From: Firmicutes bacterium UBA5201
Lineage (GTDB): Bacteria; Bacillota; Clostridia; Peptostreptococcales; Acidaminobacteraceae
Length of the DNA: 64,000 nt
Assembly: GCA_002412775.1 (NCBI GenBank)
Contig: DHVT01000026.1
Coordinates: 81,184 to 145,183 of the forward strand
Reading direction: 5' to 3'
Part shown: positions 9,399 through 17,443 of the stretch, piece by piece
How the letters are laid out: every line of letters starts with the position of its first letter
How positions within the stretch are numbered: the stretch's first letter is position 1
Notes under the pieces: model-generated
Database searches by the model: none
What the model was told of the DNA's origin: nothing
The model's input: only the letters and a program-made list of their open reading frames with translations
Made by a program: the position numbers and the translations under genes

Positions 9399-10628
9399 TT
9401 ATCGTTTTAGTGAAATGGAAATGTTGATGCCTGTATTTGAATATCCAATAGAAAAATTTCTGCCATTGATGGCTTCTTCAATGCGTTTCCATTCGCCCGA
9501 GTGATTCAATGCAGTTTTAAAATATCCCCACGCTTGATCCATTTCATCTTCAAAAAGTATTTCAAAGATGGGTTTAAACTGCGCTTCATATCGTTCCATA
9601 AAATATTGCTCATAGCTCATGCTTCTATCCACATGGGATTGATTTTTCCAAACAGTAAGTGTATAAGGTTTGTATTTGTCAGTAAGATTCAGTGGTTCAA
9701 CTTTAAAGCTAAAATCCATCCGTTCTGCAGCCAAAAATGATTGCTGAATCGGTGTTGACGCATCATAAATACCATCAAAAAAGGCTTTGGATTGATATCC
9801 ACTCACTGAATATTGTTGTGTGTAAGGATCAGCGCCAACTTTTAAGTATCCTTTTCCCTGGTCTTGTACATTTACCAGGTGTTCTCCAATCTCCACCAAT
9901 TCATTTACTGGCTTTCCGTTAAAAATCGGCGCATACATGCGTTCAAAACGCACTGCATCTTTACCATTGTCATCCACATATCTTACTGGCATCATAGTAC
10001 TTTTCGCTTCAACATTCTCATACGGCTTTCTTTCTTCTGCCTTCAGCATGGTCACAAGCACTCTTGATGCTTCTGATCGCTTGGCAAGTCCTTCAGGGTT
10101 AAATGTGCCATCTGGATAGCCTGTTACTATTCCAAATTTATAGCTGTCTAGGACATTTTGCTTGTAGTAATCGTCTACGAGGTGATAATCTTTCATATCG
10201 TTTCTGACGTAAAGATCCACATCGTTTGAAGGTCTTTTTTCAGAAAGCGACAGTGCGTTGACCACAATCGATGCCATTTGCTCCCTTGTGATATCCGCAG
10301 TGTACTGCACAAACTCCTGATCTTCGATAATCCCGAGTTCAATGGCCTTGTCTATGTAAGGCTTTGCCCAATCTGTAGACTTGGATTCAAAATGATAGCC
10401 TAGTGATTTGATGGTCATCAAGATGAATTCATTGATTTTGATATTGTTCTCCGGTTTGAACGTTCCATCCGGATAGCCACTTATGATTTCAAGTCTGGAA
10501 AGATGGTCAATCGAGCTTTTCGCCCAATGCGTATCTTTGAGGTCACTGAATGTGGCCGCTCCATCAGCGAACGACAACCCCGAAACCAGCATGGTGACTA
10601 CCGCAAACACAATAATTATTCTTCTCAT
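9399..10628 (-). CDS. S-layer-homology (SLH) domain cell-wall-anchored protein with an uncharacterised C-terminal domain
   Basis: Start ATG 10628 after GGAGCAGG. Signal peptide MRRIIIVFAVVTMLVSGLSFA. SLH modules FSDLKDTHWAKSSIDHLSRLEIISGYPDGTFKPEN, DWAKPYIDKAIELGII and GIVTGYPDGTFNPEGLAKRSEASRVLV. Confidence 0.85.
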   Translation of the reverse strand: MRRIIIVFAVVTMLVSGLSFADGAATFSDLKDTHWAKSSIDHLSRLEIISGYPDGTFKPENNIKINEFILMTIKSLGYHFESKSTDWAKPYIDKAIELGIIEDQEFVQYTADITREQMASIVVNALSLSEKRPSNDVDLYVRNDMKDYHLVDDYYKQNVLDSYKFGIVTGYPDGTFNPEGLAKRSEASRVLVTMLKAEERKPYENVEAKSTMMPVRYVDDNGKDAVRFERMYAPIFNGKPVNELVEIGEHLVNVQDQGKGYLKVGADPYTQQYSVSGYQSKAFFDGIYDASTPIQQSFLAAERMDFSFKVEPLNLTDKYKPYTLTVWKNQSHVDRSMSYEQYFMERYEAQFKPIFEILFEDEMDQAWGYFKTALNHSGEWKRIEEAINGRNFSIGYSNTGINISISLKR

Positions 10629-10651
10629 ATCCTGCTCCTTCTCGCTGAACC

Positions 10652-10680
10652 GCCGTTTGGGTACCCGGTACCCAAACGGC
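10652..10680 (-). promoter_or_regulatory. 13-bp perfect-stem GC-rich hairpin/palindrome in the 5' leader of the SLH operon
   Basis: GCCGTTTGGGTAC-CCG-GTACCCAAACGGC lies about 24 nt upstream of the start codon. A partial third copy of the arm (CAAACGGCACCCAAAC) sits at 10681-10700. Confidence 0.5.
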
Positions 10681-10838
10681 ACAAACGGCACCCAAACTGC
10701 AATTCAGCATTTCTATTTAGATCAACTGCATTAACATTATATAATCATAACATTTATTTACATATTTTTACAATGTTTTTGTTTGAATTCATTTCATCAA
10801 AATGATAGAATGAATTGAAATAACTATAAAAGTGAGGT

Positions 10839-11300
10839 ATGACAATGACCATCAAAAGAATAGAAGACTACAGTCACATTTTTGAAAATGAGACCATCGC
10901 AAAATTGTTGATGCTGTGCATGATCAATCCGACATATGGCAAGGTGCAAAACATCGCACAGTCGGTTTATGCCAAGAATCAAGGCCGCTTCTATGTGTGT
11001 GAAAAAGATGATGAGATTATTGGCATCGCTGGAGGTTCGCAGATCAACAACGATCAGTTCATTCTCAGACATATGGCGGTGTCCCCGGATCAAAAACGTA
11101 CCGGCATCGGTAAGAAATTGTTGTCTGCTCTGATAGACGATGGGCAATATGACTCCGTGGCACTCGAATGTGATTATAAGTCCGTGAAGTTTTTTAAAAA
11201 CTTCGGTTTCAAATGCGTCAGTGATATCGATCCCATACTGGAAATGAAGCGTTACAATTGTTTGCTTGATGTCAAGAAATGGAGAGAATCAAACAAATGA
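10839..11300 (+). CDS. GNAT-family N-acetyltransferase
   Basis: Acetyl-CoA motif HMAVSPDQKRTGIGKKLL (Q/RxxGxG/A). Length is about 150 aa. An alternative start at ATG 10845 has better spacing to GTGAGGT. Confidence 0.8.
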   Translation: MTMTIKRIEDYSHIFENETIAKLLMLCMINPTYGKVQNIAQSVYAKNQGRFYVCEKDDEIIGIAGGSQINNDQFILRHMAVSPDQKRTGIGKKLLSALIDDGQYDSVALECDYKSVKFFKNFGFKCVSDIDPILEMKRYNCLLDVKKWRESNK

Positions 11301-12934
11301 GCAATAAAAATTTCGACTCCCTGATGGCATTGTTCGATGCCTCCAGTGAGGGTCTTTGGGAGATGTCACCGAGCGGTGAAATGTCATTTTACAATAAGAA
11401 TTTTTATAAGAATTTCAACATAAACCTCGAGAACTCTACTCTTGATGAGTGGATTGACCTGATTCACCCTGAAGACAAGTTGAAATTCAGCAACAATGTG
11501 GACCAACAGATCGGTAGCGGCACAGTCATGTTTATGAGTGAATACCGGGTGATGAATCGAAAGAATCAATATGTATGGATTGAAGCCAAAGGCGTCACTA
11601 AATATGATGATCATGGCGAATATCTTTATATGGTTGGAGCGCATCAGGATATCACAGCGAGAAAAATTGATGAGATTCGAATATTCGACCTGGCCTTCAA
11701 AGACAAGATGACAGGCCTTTTCAACCGATCCAAGCTCATTGAGACGCTTGCGGACCATCCCGACGAATTCATCGTCACGTCCATTGGATTCAATCAGATG
11801 GAATCCATAAATGAAATCTATGGTCATGACTTGTCCGCACGGATTTTACAAGTGGTCGCCGATGTGTTGACGGAAATGTTCAAACAAAGTCATTTGCTGT
11901 TCAAGATGGAATATTATGATTTCGCGATCCTCTTCCACAAAAGAATGTCCAATGAATTTATAAAAGCCTCTATCGACAGTTGCATCAAAACCATAAGACG
12001 CAAAACAGAACAACTCATCAAGGGAGTCGAACTACAGGTCTATGCGGGTTTGTCCGACAGAACCAATGATTACGACTCAGCAAAGCTTGCAATGTCTTAT
12101 GCCAAGAAGAACCAAATCGAATACTGCATCCTCTATAATGATGAAATTCGATATGACGTGAAAAGAACCAATTTTATCGAAACCGAAATGCGCAGTGCAT
12201 TGACTGCCGAGGAATTCGAGATGGTCTTTCAGCCCATATTGGATTCCAAAACAGGTGAGGTGAGTTCCTTGGAGGCATTGATGCGATGGCACAGCACCGA
12301 GTATGGTGAAATCTACCCCGATGAGTTCATTCCGATTGCAGAGCGGACCTTGAACATCATTGACCTTGGTTATTTTTCTGTTGTGGAATCGCTCAAAGCC
12401 TTCAATACCATAACAAATGAAATCGGCAAACGCATTCCCATATCCGTCAACGTATCGGTTTTACAGCTCCTCGATTCCAATTTCATCGACAAATTGACAG
12501 AACTCGTCAGTGTTTTCAATATAGTTAATCATGAACTCATCATTGAAGTCACTGAGTCCATGACTCTGGAAAAAAACAAAGTCGCCAAAGACACACTTGA
12601 GGAACTTATTGCAAATGGCTTTATCATATCACTTGATGATTTCGGCAAAGGGTACTCATCGCTCAGCATCCTATTCACACTGGAATGTGGAAAACTGAAA
12701 CTTGACAAACAGATCATCTGGTTGGCTTCAAGCGATCCTGAAATTGAATCCTTTTTGAGTGCACTCACTGATTTGTGTCATTCCAAGAACATAAAAGTTG
12801 TCGCGGAAGGTATAGAAACCGCTGAAATGTCATCCATGGCGAAAAGAATCGGCATTGATTTCGAGCAAGGCTATTATTATTCAAAACCGTTACCTCTGCC
12901 TGAACTCATTAAGTTCTTGACATCCACATTATAA
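11297..12934 (+). CDS. PAS - degenerate GGDEF - EAL protein (probable c-di-GMP phosphodiesterase)
   Basis: ATGA overlap with the GNAT stop. DKMTGLFNRSKL begins the GGDEF fold, but the GGDEF position reads MEYYDF. EAL-domain motifs are intact: LEALMRW, SVNVS, EVTES, DDFGKGYSS, EGIE, QGYYYSKP. Confidence 0.85.
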   Translation: MSNKNFDSLMALFDASSEGLWEMSPSGEMSFYNKNFYKNFNINLENSTLDEWIDLIHPEDKLKFSNNVDQQIGSGTVMFMSEYRVMNRKNQYVWIEAKGVTKYDDHGEYLYMVGAHQDITARKIDEIRIFDLAFKDKMTGLFNRSKLIETLADHPDEFIVTSIGFNQMESINEIYGHDLSARILQVVADVLTEMFKQSHLLFKMEYYDFAILFHKRMSNEFIKASIDSCIKTIRRKTEQLIKGVELQVYAGLSDRTNDYDSAKLAMSYAKKNQIEYCILYNDEIRYDVKRTNFIETEMRSALTAEEFEMVFQPILDSKTGEVSSLEALMRWHSTEYGEIYPDEFIPIAERTLNIIDLGYFSVVESLKAFNTITNEIGKRIPISVNVSVLQLLDSNFIDKLTELVSVFNIVNHELIIEVTESMTLEKNKVAKDTLEELIANGFIISLDDFGKGYSSLSILFTLECGKLKLDKQIIWLASSDPEIESFLSALTDLCHSKNIKVVAEGIETAEMSSMAKRIGIDFEQGYYYSKPLPLPELIKFLTSTL

Positions 12935-12939
12935 TTGCA

Positions 12940-12954
12940 TACAATCTAATTGTA
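12940..12954. promoter_or_regulatory. OhrR-box-like inverted repeat TACAAT-CTA-ATTGTA upstream of the ohrR-like gene
   Basis: A 6+6 perfect inverted repeat abuts TTGCAT (12935-12940), 30 nt upstream of ATG 12984. It differs only in the three central bases from the B. subtilis OhrR operator as I recall it (TACAATT-AATTGTA). Confidence 0.55.
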
Positions 12955-12983
12955 TATTCCAATTATATGAAATGGAGTTTAAT

Positions 12984-13409
12984 ATGAATGACAAGTACGA
13001 TTCACTACTACTCAAAAACCAGCTGTGTTTCCCACTTTATGCGGTTTCAAAAGAAATCATCAGCATGTACAAACCTTATTTGGACCCACTCGGTCTGACT
13101 TACACCCAGTACATCACCATGATGGTTCTATGGGAGCATGACGATATCATGGTCAAGACGCTCGGAGAAAGACTTTTTCTCGATTCGGGTACATTGACCC
13201 CGGTACTCAAAAAGCTTGAGGCCCATAACTATATCACCAGAAAACGGGGCACTGAAAACGAGCGCAACGTCTACATCAAACTTACCCCTGTGGGTCTTGC
13301 ACTCAAGGACAAGGCACTGGAGGTCCCGAAACAGATCGCGCAGTGTTTGGACATAAGTCCTGAAGATGCAAAGACACTATATAAAATTCTATACAAGATT
13401 TTGGATTAA
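12984..13409 (+). CDS. ohrR: MarR-family, OhrR-type organic-hydroperoxide-sensing repressor
   Basis: N-terminal LLLKNQLCFPLYAVSKE carries the sensing Cys in the OhrR context. Winged-helix region LGLTYTQYITMMVLWE...TLGERLFLDSGTLTPVLKKLE. Start ATG 12984 is 6 nt after TGGAG. Confidence 0.75.
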   Translation: MNDKYDSLLLKNQLCFPLYAVSKEIISMYKPYLDPLGLTYTQYITMMVLWEHDDIMVKTLGERLFLDSGTLTPVLKKLEAHNYITRKRGTENERNVYIKLTPVGLALKDKALEVPKQIAQCLDISPEDAKTLYKILYKILD

Positions 13410-13499
13410 AAAAAGAGGTGTGCAGCAATTGCTAACGGCTTCTGTTGATGTGTTGATATGGTAAAATATCATACAAGTATATCTATCATAATCACATAC

Positions 13500-13535
13500 A
13501 AAAAACCACGTCATTTGATTTTCGTGGTTTTTCTA
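13500..13535 (+). terminator. Intrinsic terminator downstream of ohrR
   Basis: AACCACG-12 nt-CGTGGTT followed by a T-run. Confidence 0.6.
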
Positions 13536-13577
13536 TTTAAGTTGTGTTTAAATTATAAACAATGAGGGAGTTTACAT

Positions 13578-13778
13578 ATGAGAATTGGTCATTTAATTAT
13601 AGGTTTTATAGTTTTTGTGATTGCTGAGTTCATATCCATAAATGTGGGCGGTCTCTTAGGATCAGGACCCGCTGAGGCAGGCATTATAGTTAGTGCGATA
13701 TCTGTACTATGTGCAATTGTAATAGTATGTACATTAATAATAGTGGAGGCCATAGAAAAAAGTAATCAGGGAAACTAA
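13578..13778 (+). CDS. Small (66 aa) two-TM hydrophobic protein
   Basis: RBS GAGGGAG about 8 nt upstream of the ATG. Two hydrophobic helices. Flanked by terminators on both sides. Confidence 0.5.
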   Translation: MRIGHLIIGFIVFVIAEFISINVGGLLGSGPAEAGIIVSAISVLCAIVIVCTLIIVEAIEKSNQGN

Positions 13779-13825
13779 AAAAGCAGTATTTCAGCATTTT
13801 TTACATGCTGAAATACTGCTTTTTA
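13777..13825. terminator. Bidirectional intrinsic terminator
   Basis: 15-bp perfect stem GCAGTATTTCAGCAT/ATGCTGAAATACTGC flanked by an A-run and a T-run. It sits between convergent genes. Confidence 0.85.
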
Positions 13826-13843
13826 ATTGAACATCTCTTATAA

Positions 13844-15208
13844 TCATTTCAGAATTTTCTTAACCCAATGTAACCGGTTCTTGTACGGTGGATAGATCAT
13901 TTTCACATCGAATTTCGAAGATTTTTTCAAGATGCTTTTTTCGTGTGAAAATGTTTTGTAACTGGTCTCGCCATGATAAGAGCCCATACCCGAAGCCCCC
14001 ACTCCACCGAACGGCATATGTGGTGACCCCACGTGGGAAATGGTATCATTGATTGCTGCTCCACCATAAGATAGACTTTCAAGCAAATGTTCCTGGACCA
14101 CAACGCTTTCCGAGAACAAATAGAAGGCTAGAGGCTTTGGTTTGCTTGAAATTACATCTATGATTTCATCCAAATTATTATAGGTGAGGATCGGTAAGAT
14201 AGGGCCGAATATTTCCTCGGACATGATCTTGTCGTTCCAGTCGACCCCTTTCATGACCGTCGGAGCCATATAACAGCTTTCAATGTCATATTGTCCACCC
14301 ATGATGACCTTGTCATGATCCATGAGCCCGGCAAGTCTTTTTACGGTTGCCTGACTGACTAGGCGTCCATAATCGGGACTGTTTTGAGGCAACACGCCAT
14401 AAAATTCTATGATATATTTGATGACAGCATCCATGAACTCATCTGCCTTGGATTCATGCACATACACGTAATCTGGTGCGACACAAGTCTGACCTGCGTT
14501 CAAATACTTGCCCCAGACGATTCTTTTGGCTGCGGTTTCAATCATTGCATCCTCATGAACGACGGCAGGGCTCTTTCCACCCAACTCCAAAGTGACAGGT
14601 ACCAGGTGATCGGCAGCCGCTCTCATGACGACCTTTCCGGTCGCTTCACTGCCAGTGAAGAAAATGTAATCGAACGGCGAGTGAATGAGCTCGCTCACCA
14701 CTTCCCTGCCACCGGTGACCACAGTGATATAGCTCTCATCGAAAACCTCGATCATCATTTTTTTGATGATTGTTTCCGTATATGGTGTTTGATTGGATGG
14801 TTTCAGAACTGCTGTATTACCGGCCGCGATTGCCCCGATCAGTGGCTCAATCAGCAACTGAAACGGATAATTGAATGGCGCGATAATCAAAACAGTGCCA
14901 TAAGGTTCGTTTTTCACAACCGCTTTTGAAAAAGGTTGATGAAGTGGCGTCTTTACGCTGCGTTCGGTAGTCCATCCCTCGAGGTGCTTCAGTGCATAAG
15001 TGATGCTGTCAAGGACGTAACCGACTTCGTGGGCATAGGCTTCGAACTCAGGTTTTTTCAGATCTTTGAACAAAGCTTCCATAACTTCGTCTTCATATTT
15101 GTGAATGACCGCTCTGAGAATTTCCAATTGATTGATCCTGTAGTTCAAGGATTTTGTCACTCCGGTCTTATAAAATGTTTTGTGTCTTTTTAAAATCTCA
15201 TTGACCAT
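13844..15208 (-). CDS. NAD(P)+-dependent aldehyde dehydrogenase (class-3-like)
   Basis: ELGGKSP and GQTCVAPDY active-site motifs. Start ATG 15208 follows GGAGG, 1 nt after the upstream gene's stop. Confidence 0.85.
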   Translation of the reverse strand: MVNEILKRHKTFYKTGVTKSLNYRINQLEILRAVIHKYEDEVMEALFKDLKKPEFEAYAHEVGYVLDSITYALKHLEGWTTERSVKTPLHQPFSKAVVKNEPYGTVLIIAPFNYPFQLLIEPLIGAIAAGNTAVLKPSNQTPYTETIIKKMMIEVFDESYITVVTGGREVVSELIHSPFDYIFFTGSEATGKVVMRAAADHLVPVTLELGGKSPAVVHEDAMIETAAKRIVWGKYLNAGQTCVAPDYVYVHESKADEFMDAVIKYIIEFYGVLPQNSPDYGRLVSQATVKRLAGLMDHDKVIMGGQYDIESCYMAPTVMKGVDWNDKIMSEEIFGPILPILTYNNLDEIIDVISSKPKPLAFYLFSESVVVQEHLLESLSYGGAAINDTISHVGSPHMPFGGVGASGMGSYHGETSYKTFSHEKSILKKSSKFDVKMIYPPYKNRLHWVKKILK

Positions 15209-15209
15209 T

Positions 15210-16172
15210 TCAACCTCCATTGACTTGATTCATAGGTTCTCCATTCAGGTACATTCTAACGTTTTCTACTGCGGTTTCCAGCAATCTTTTTCTGGATTCA
15301 TGGGGAGCCCAGGCTATATGTGGGGTGACGTTGCAATTGTCCAGGTCGAAAAGTGGATTGTGTTCCGCTGGCGGCTCCTTGGCGAGGACATCAAGACCCG
15401 CTGCATAGATTTTTCCGGATTTGAGTCCTTCCAGTAAAGCGGCTTCATCGATCAAAGGTCCTCTAGAGGTGTTGATGATGATGACTCCGGTTTTCATCTT
15501 GGTAATGGCATCCGCATCTATGATGCCCCTTGTCTCAGGTGTCAAAGGGCAATGAAGGCTGATCACATCCGATTCCCTAACCAAAGTCTCAAAAGAAACG
15601 AATTTCAACATTGGTGTTTCCAGCGACCTGTCCGGTCTTGGTGTGAAAACGATAACCCTCATGCCAAAGGCATTTGCGATTTTTGCCGTTTCCATGCCGA
15701 TACGGCCCGCGCCTATGATGCCCATCACTTTTTCAGAAAGCTCGATCAAAGGCTTTTCCCAGTAGCAAAAGTCCTCTCTCCTGTTCCACTTGCCCTCTTT
15801 CACAGATTGGGCGTGTAGTGGGATATGATGGCAGATCTCAAGCAGGTGGGCAAATACGAATTGTGCCACAGCTTGAGTGCCATAAGTGGGCACGTTTGTC
15901 ACAACGATACCATGTTTTCTCGCCTCATCCACATCTACGATATTGTAACCAGTCGCTAATACGCCGATATATTTGAGTTTGGGCAATTGCTCAAACTGCT
16001 CCTTTTTAAAAGGAATCTTATTGATCAAAATGAGATCTGCATCTTTGGATCTCTCGATGACTTCGTCTCTGGAAGTCCGGTCATGGACCGTCACATCACC
16101 GAGTGCCTCCAGGCTGCTCCATGACAAATCTCCCGGATTAAGTGCAAATCCATCCAAAACCACTATTTTCAT
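15210..16172 (-). CDS. D-isomer-specific 2-hydroxyacid dehydrogenase (glycerate dehydrogenase / hydroxypyruvate reductase-like)
   Basis: NAD fold GIIGAGRIGMETA. Catalytic region NTSRGPLIDEAAL...TPHIAWA. Confidence 0.85.
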   Translation of the reverse strand: MKIVVLDGFALNPGDLSWSSLEALGDVTVHDRTSRDEVIERSKDADLILINKIPFKKEQFEQLPKLKYIGVLATGYNIVDVDEARKHGIVVTNVPTYGTQAVAQFVFAHLLEICHHIPLHAQSVKEGKWNRREDFCYWEKPLIELSEKVMGIIGAGRIGMETAKIANAFGMRVIVFTPRPDRSLETPMLKFVSFETLVRESDVISLHCPLTPETRGIIDADAITKMKTGVIIINTSRGPLIDEAALLEGLKSGKIYAAGLDVLAKEPPAEHNPLFDLDNCNVTPHIAWAPHESRKRLLETAVENVRMYLNGEPMNQVNGG

Positions 16173-16180
16173 CAGTCAAC

Positions 16181-17335
16181 CTACTTTCTTTTCTGATCTA
16201 TTTCCATCCAATCTATAAGTCTTTCAATGGCCGAATTCAAATAGTCCCATTTGTTGTCCAATATTTTTGAATAAGGGACCGTTCCTTTTGAAGCCTCAAA
16301 AATAACGTTGAACGGTGTCTCCATCTCAATAGGGAGGGAATTGTGCCCAACAAAGGCAATGACTTTCGGACATTTTCTATGAATATTGTTAATATGGTAA
16401 TTCTTGACCGCATTTGCGACGCCATAAGGGACTTTCCCATAAGAGGACTGTTCATCCAACTTACCTTCTCCAGTGATGACATAATCCACATCTTCAACCA
16501 ATTTGTCGAAATGAACCGCTTCCAAAACAGTGTCCAGTCCAGATTGAAGACTTGCACCTAGGAACACATGCAGCCCTCCGGCCAACCCACCTGCCGCTCC
16601 GCTGCCGGGCACCAAGTTGAGGTCGATTCCTTCCCGCTTGAAAATTATGGTGTTGAACTTTTCATGGGCTTCTTCAAATTGTCCACCAAGCTCTCCGACA
16701 ATCCCCTTTTGAGTGCCATATACTCGAGTGGCACCTTGTGGTCCTGTGAGTGGATTTTGAACATCGCAGAGTACTTTGATGACGACGTCTTTGAGTCTTG
16801 GGTCCAAATTTGAATCGTCATAACGATCCACTTTGAAAACGGAGTCTCCACGTGGCGGCAAAATATTGCCGAGAGCATCATAAAATTCCACTCCCAAGGC
16901 TTGGGCCATACCGATTCCAACATCATTGGTCGCACTACCGCCCACACCGATTATGATTTCATTGACCCCTTCGTCGAGTGCCGCCTTGATCATTTCACCG
17001 GTGCCAAAAGTTGTCGCACGACATGGGTCGAGCTCATCGTTAGCAAGTCTCAAGAGCCCCGAGGCTTGAGCCATTTCAATATAAGCGGTATTTTCTTTTA
17101 TGCCTATGATCGCATCGATTTCCCTCAAGAAAGGATCTTTGACTTTCACATTTCGCGCAGAACCTCCCGTTGCCTGTAAAAGCGCTTCCACAGTACCTTC
17201 TCCACCATCTGCGACAGTGAGGTTGGTGATCTCCGCATCAGTGAATCTTTCTTTGATTGCCTGCTCAAGTGCCGCATTGACTTCAAACGAGGTAAAAGTT
17301 CCTTTAAATGTATCCGAGACAACAATAGCTTTCAT
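16181..17335 (-). CDS. glxK: Glycerate kinase
   Basis: MKAIVVSDTFKGTFTS, VADGGEGT and PGSGAAGGLAGG match glycerate kinase family motifs. Confidence 0.85.
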   Translation of the reverse strand: MKAIVVSDTFKGTFTSFEVNAALEQAIKERFTDAEITNLTVADGGEGTVEALLQATGGSARNVKVKDPFLREIDAIIGIKENTAYIEMAQASGLLRLANDELDPCRATTFGTGEMIKAALDEGVNEIIIGVGGSATNDVGIGMAQALGVEFYDALGNILPPRGDSVFKVDRYDDSNLDPRLKDVVIKVLCDVQNPLTGPQGATRVYGTQKGIVGELGGQFEEAHEKFNTIIFKREGIDLNLVPGSGAAGGLAGGLHVFLGASLQSGLDTVLEAVHFDKLVEDVDYVITGEGKLDEQSSYGKVPYGVANAVKNYHINNIHRKCPKVIAFVGHNSLPIEMETPFNVIFEASKGTVPYSKILDNKWDYLNSAIERLIDWMEIDQKRK

Positions 17336-17358
17336 AGATCAAACCTCCACCCATATTT

Positions 17359-17389
17359 TGAAAAAGCAAGGGTCAAAAACACCCTTGCT
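17359..17389 (-). terminator. Intrinsic terminator ending the ATP-grasp/Mur-ligase/AsnB/C39 operon
   Basis: On the minus strand: GCAAGGGT-GTTTTTG-ACCCTTGC followed by TTTTT. It lies about 25 nt upstream of the glxK start. Confidence 0.75.
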
Positions 17390-17443
17390 CTAATCATACC
17401 CGTTTTTCAGGATTTATTTAAGTTTTTTACAGATTTAATACAA

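Noticed and set aside
9399-10691. N-terminal extension of the SLH protein from a GTG at 10691.
   Set aside because: The extension is encoded by the leader palindrome and has no RBS. ATG 10628 has GGAGCAGG upstream and starts a proper signal peptide.
13440-13535. TGGTAAAAT extended -10-like sequence followed by a terminator ~40 nt later, considered as a tiny sRNA gene.
   Set aside because: The simpler explanation is that the hairpin is the ohrR terminator and the -10-like match is fortuitous in AT-rich DNA. There is no -35 at sensible spacing.
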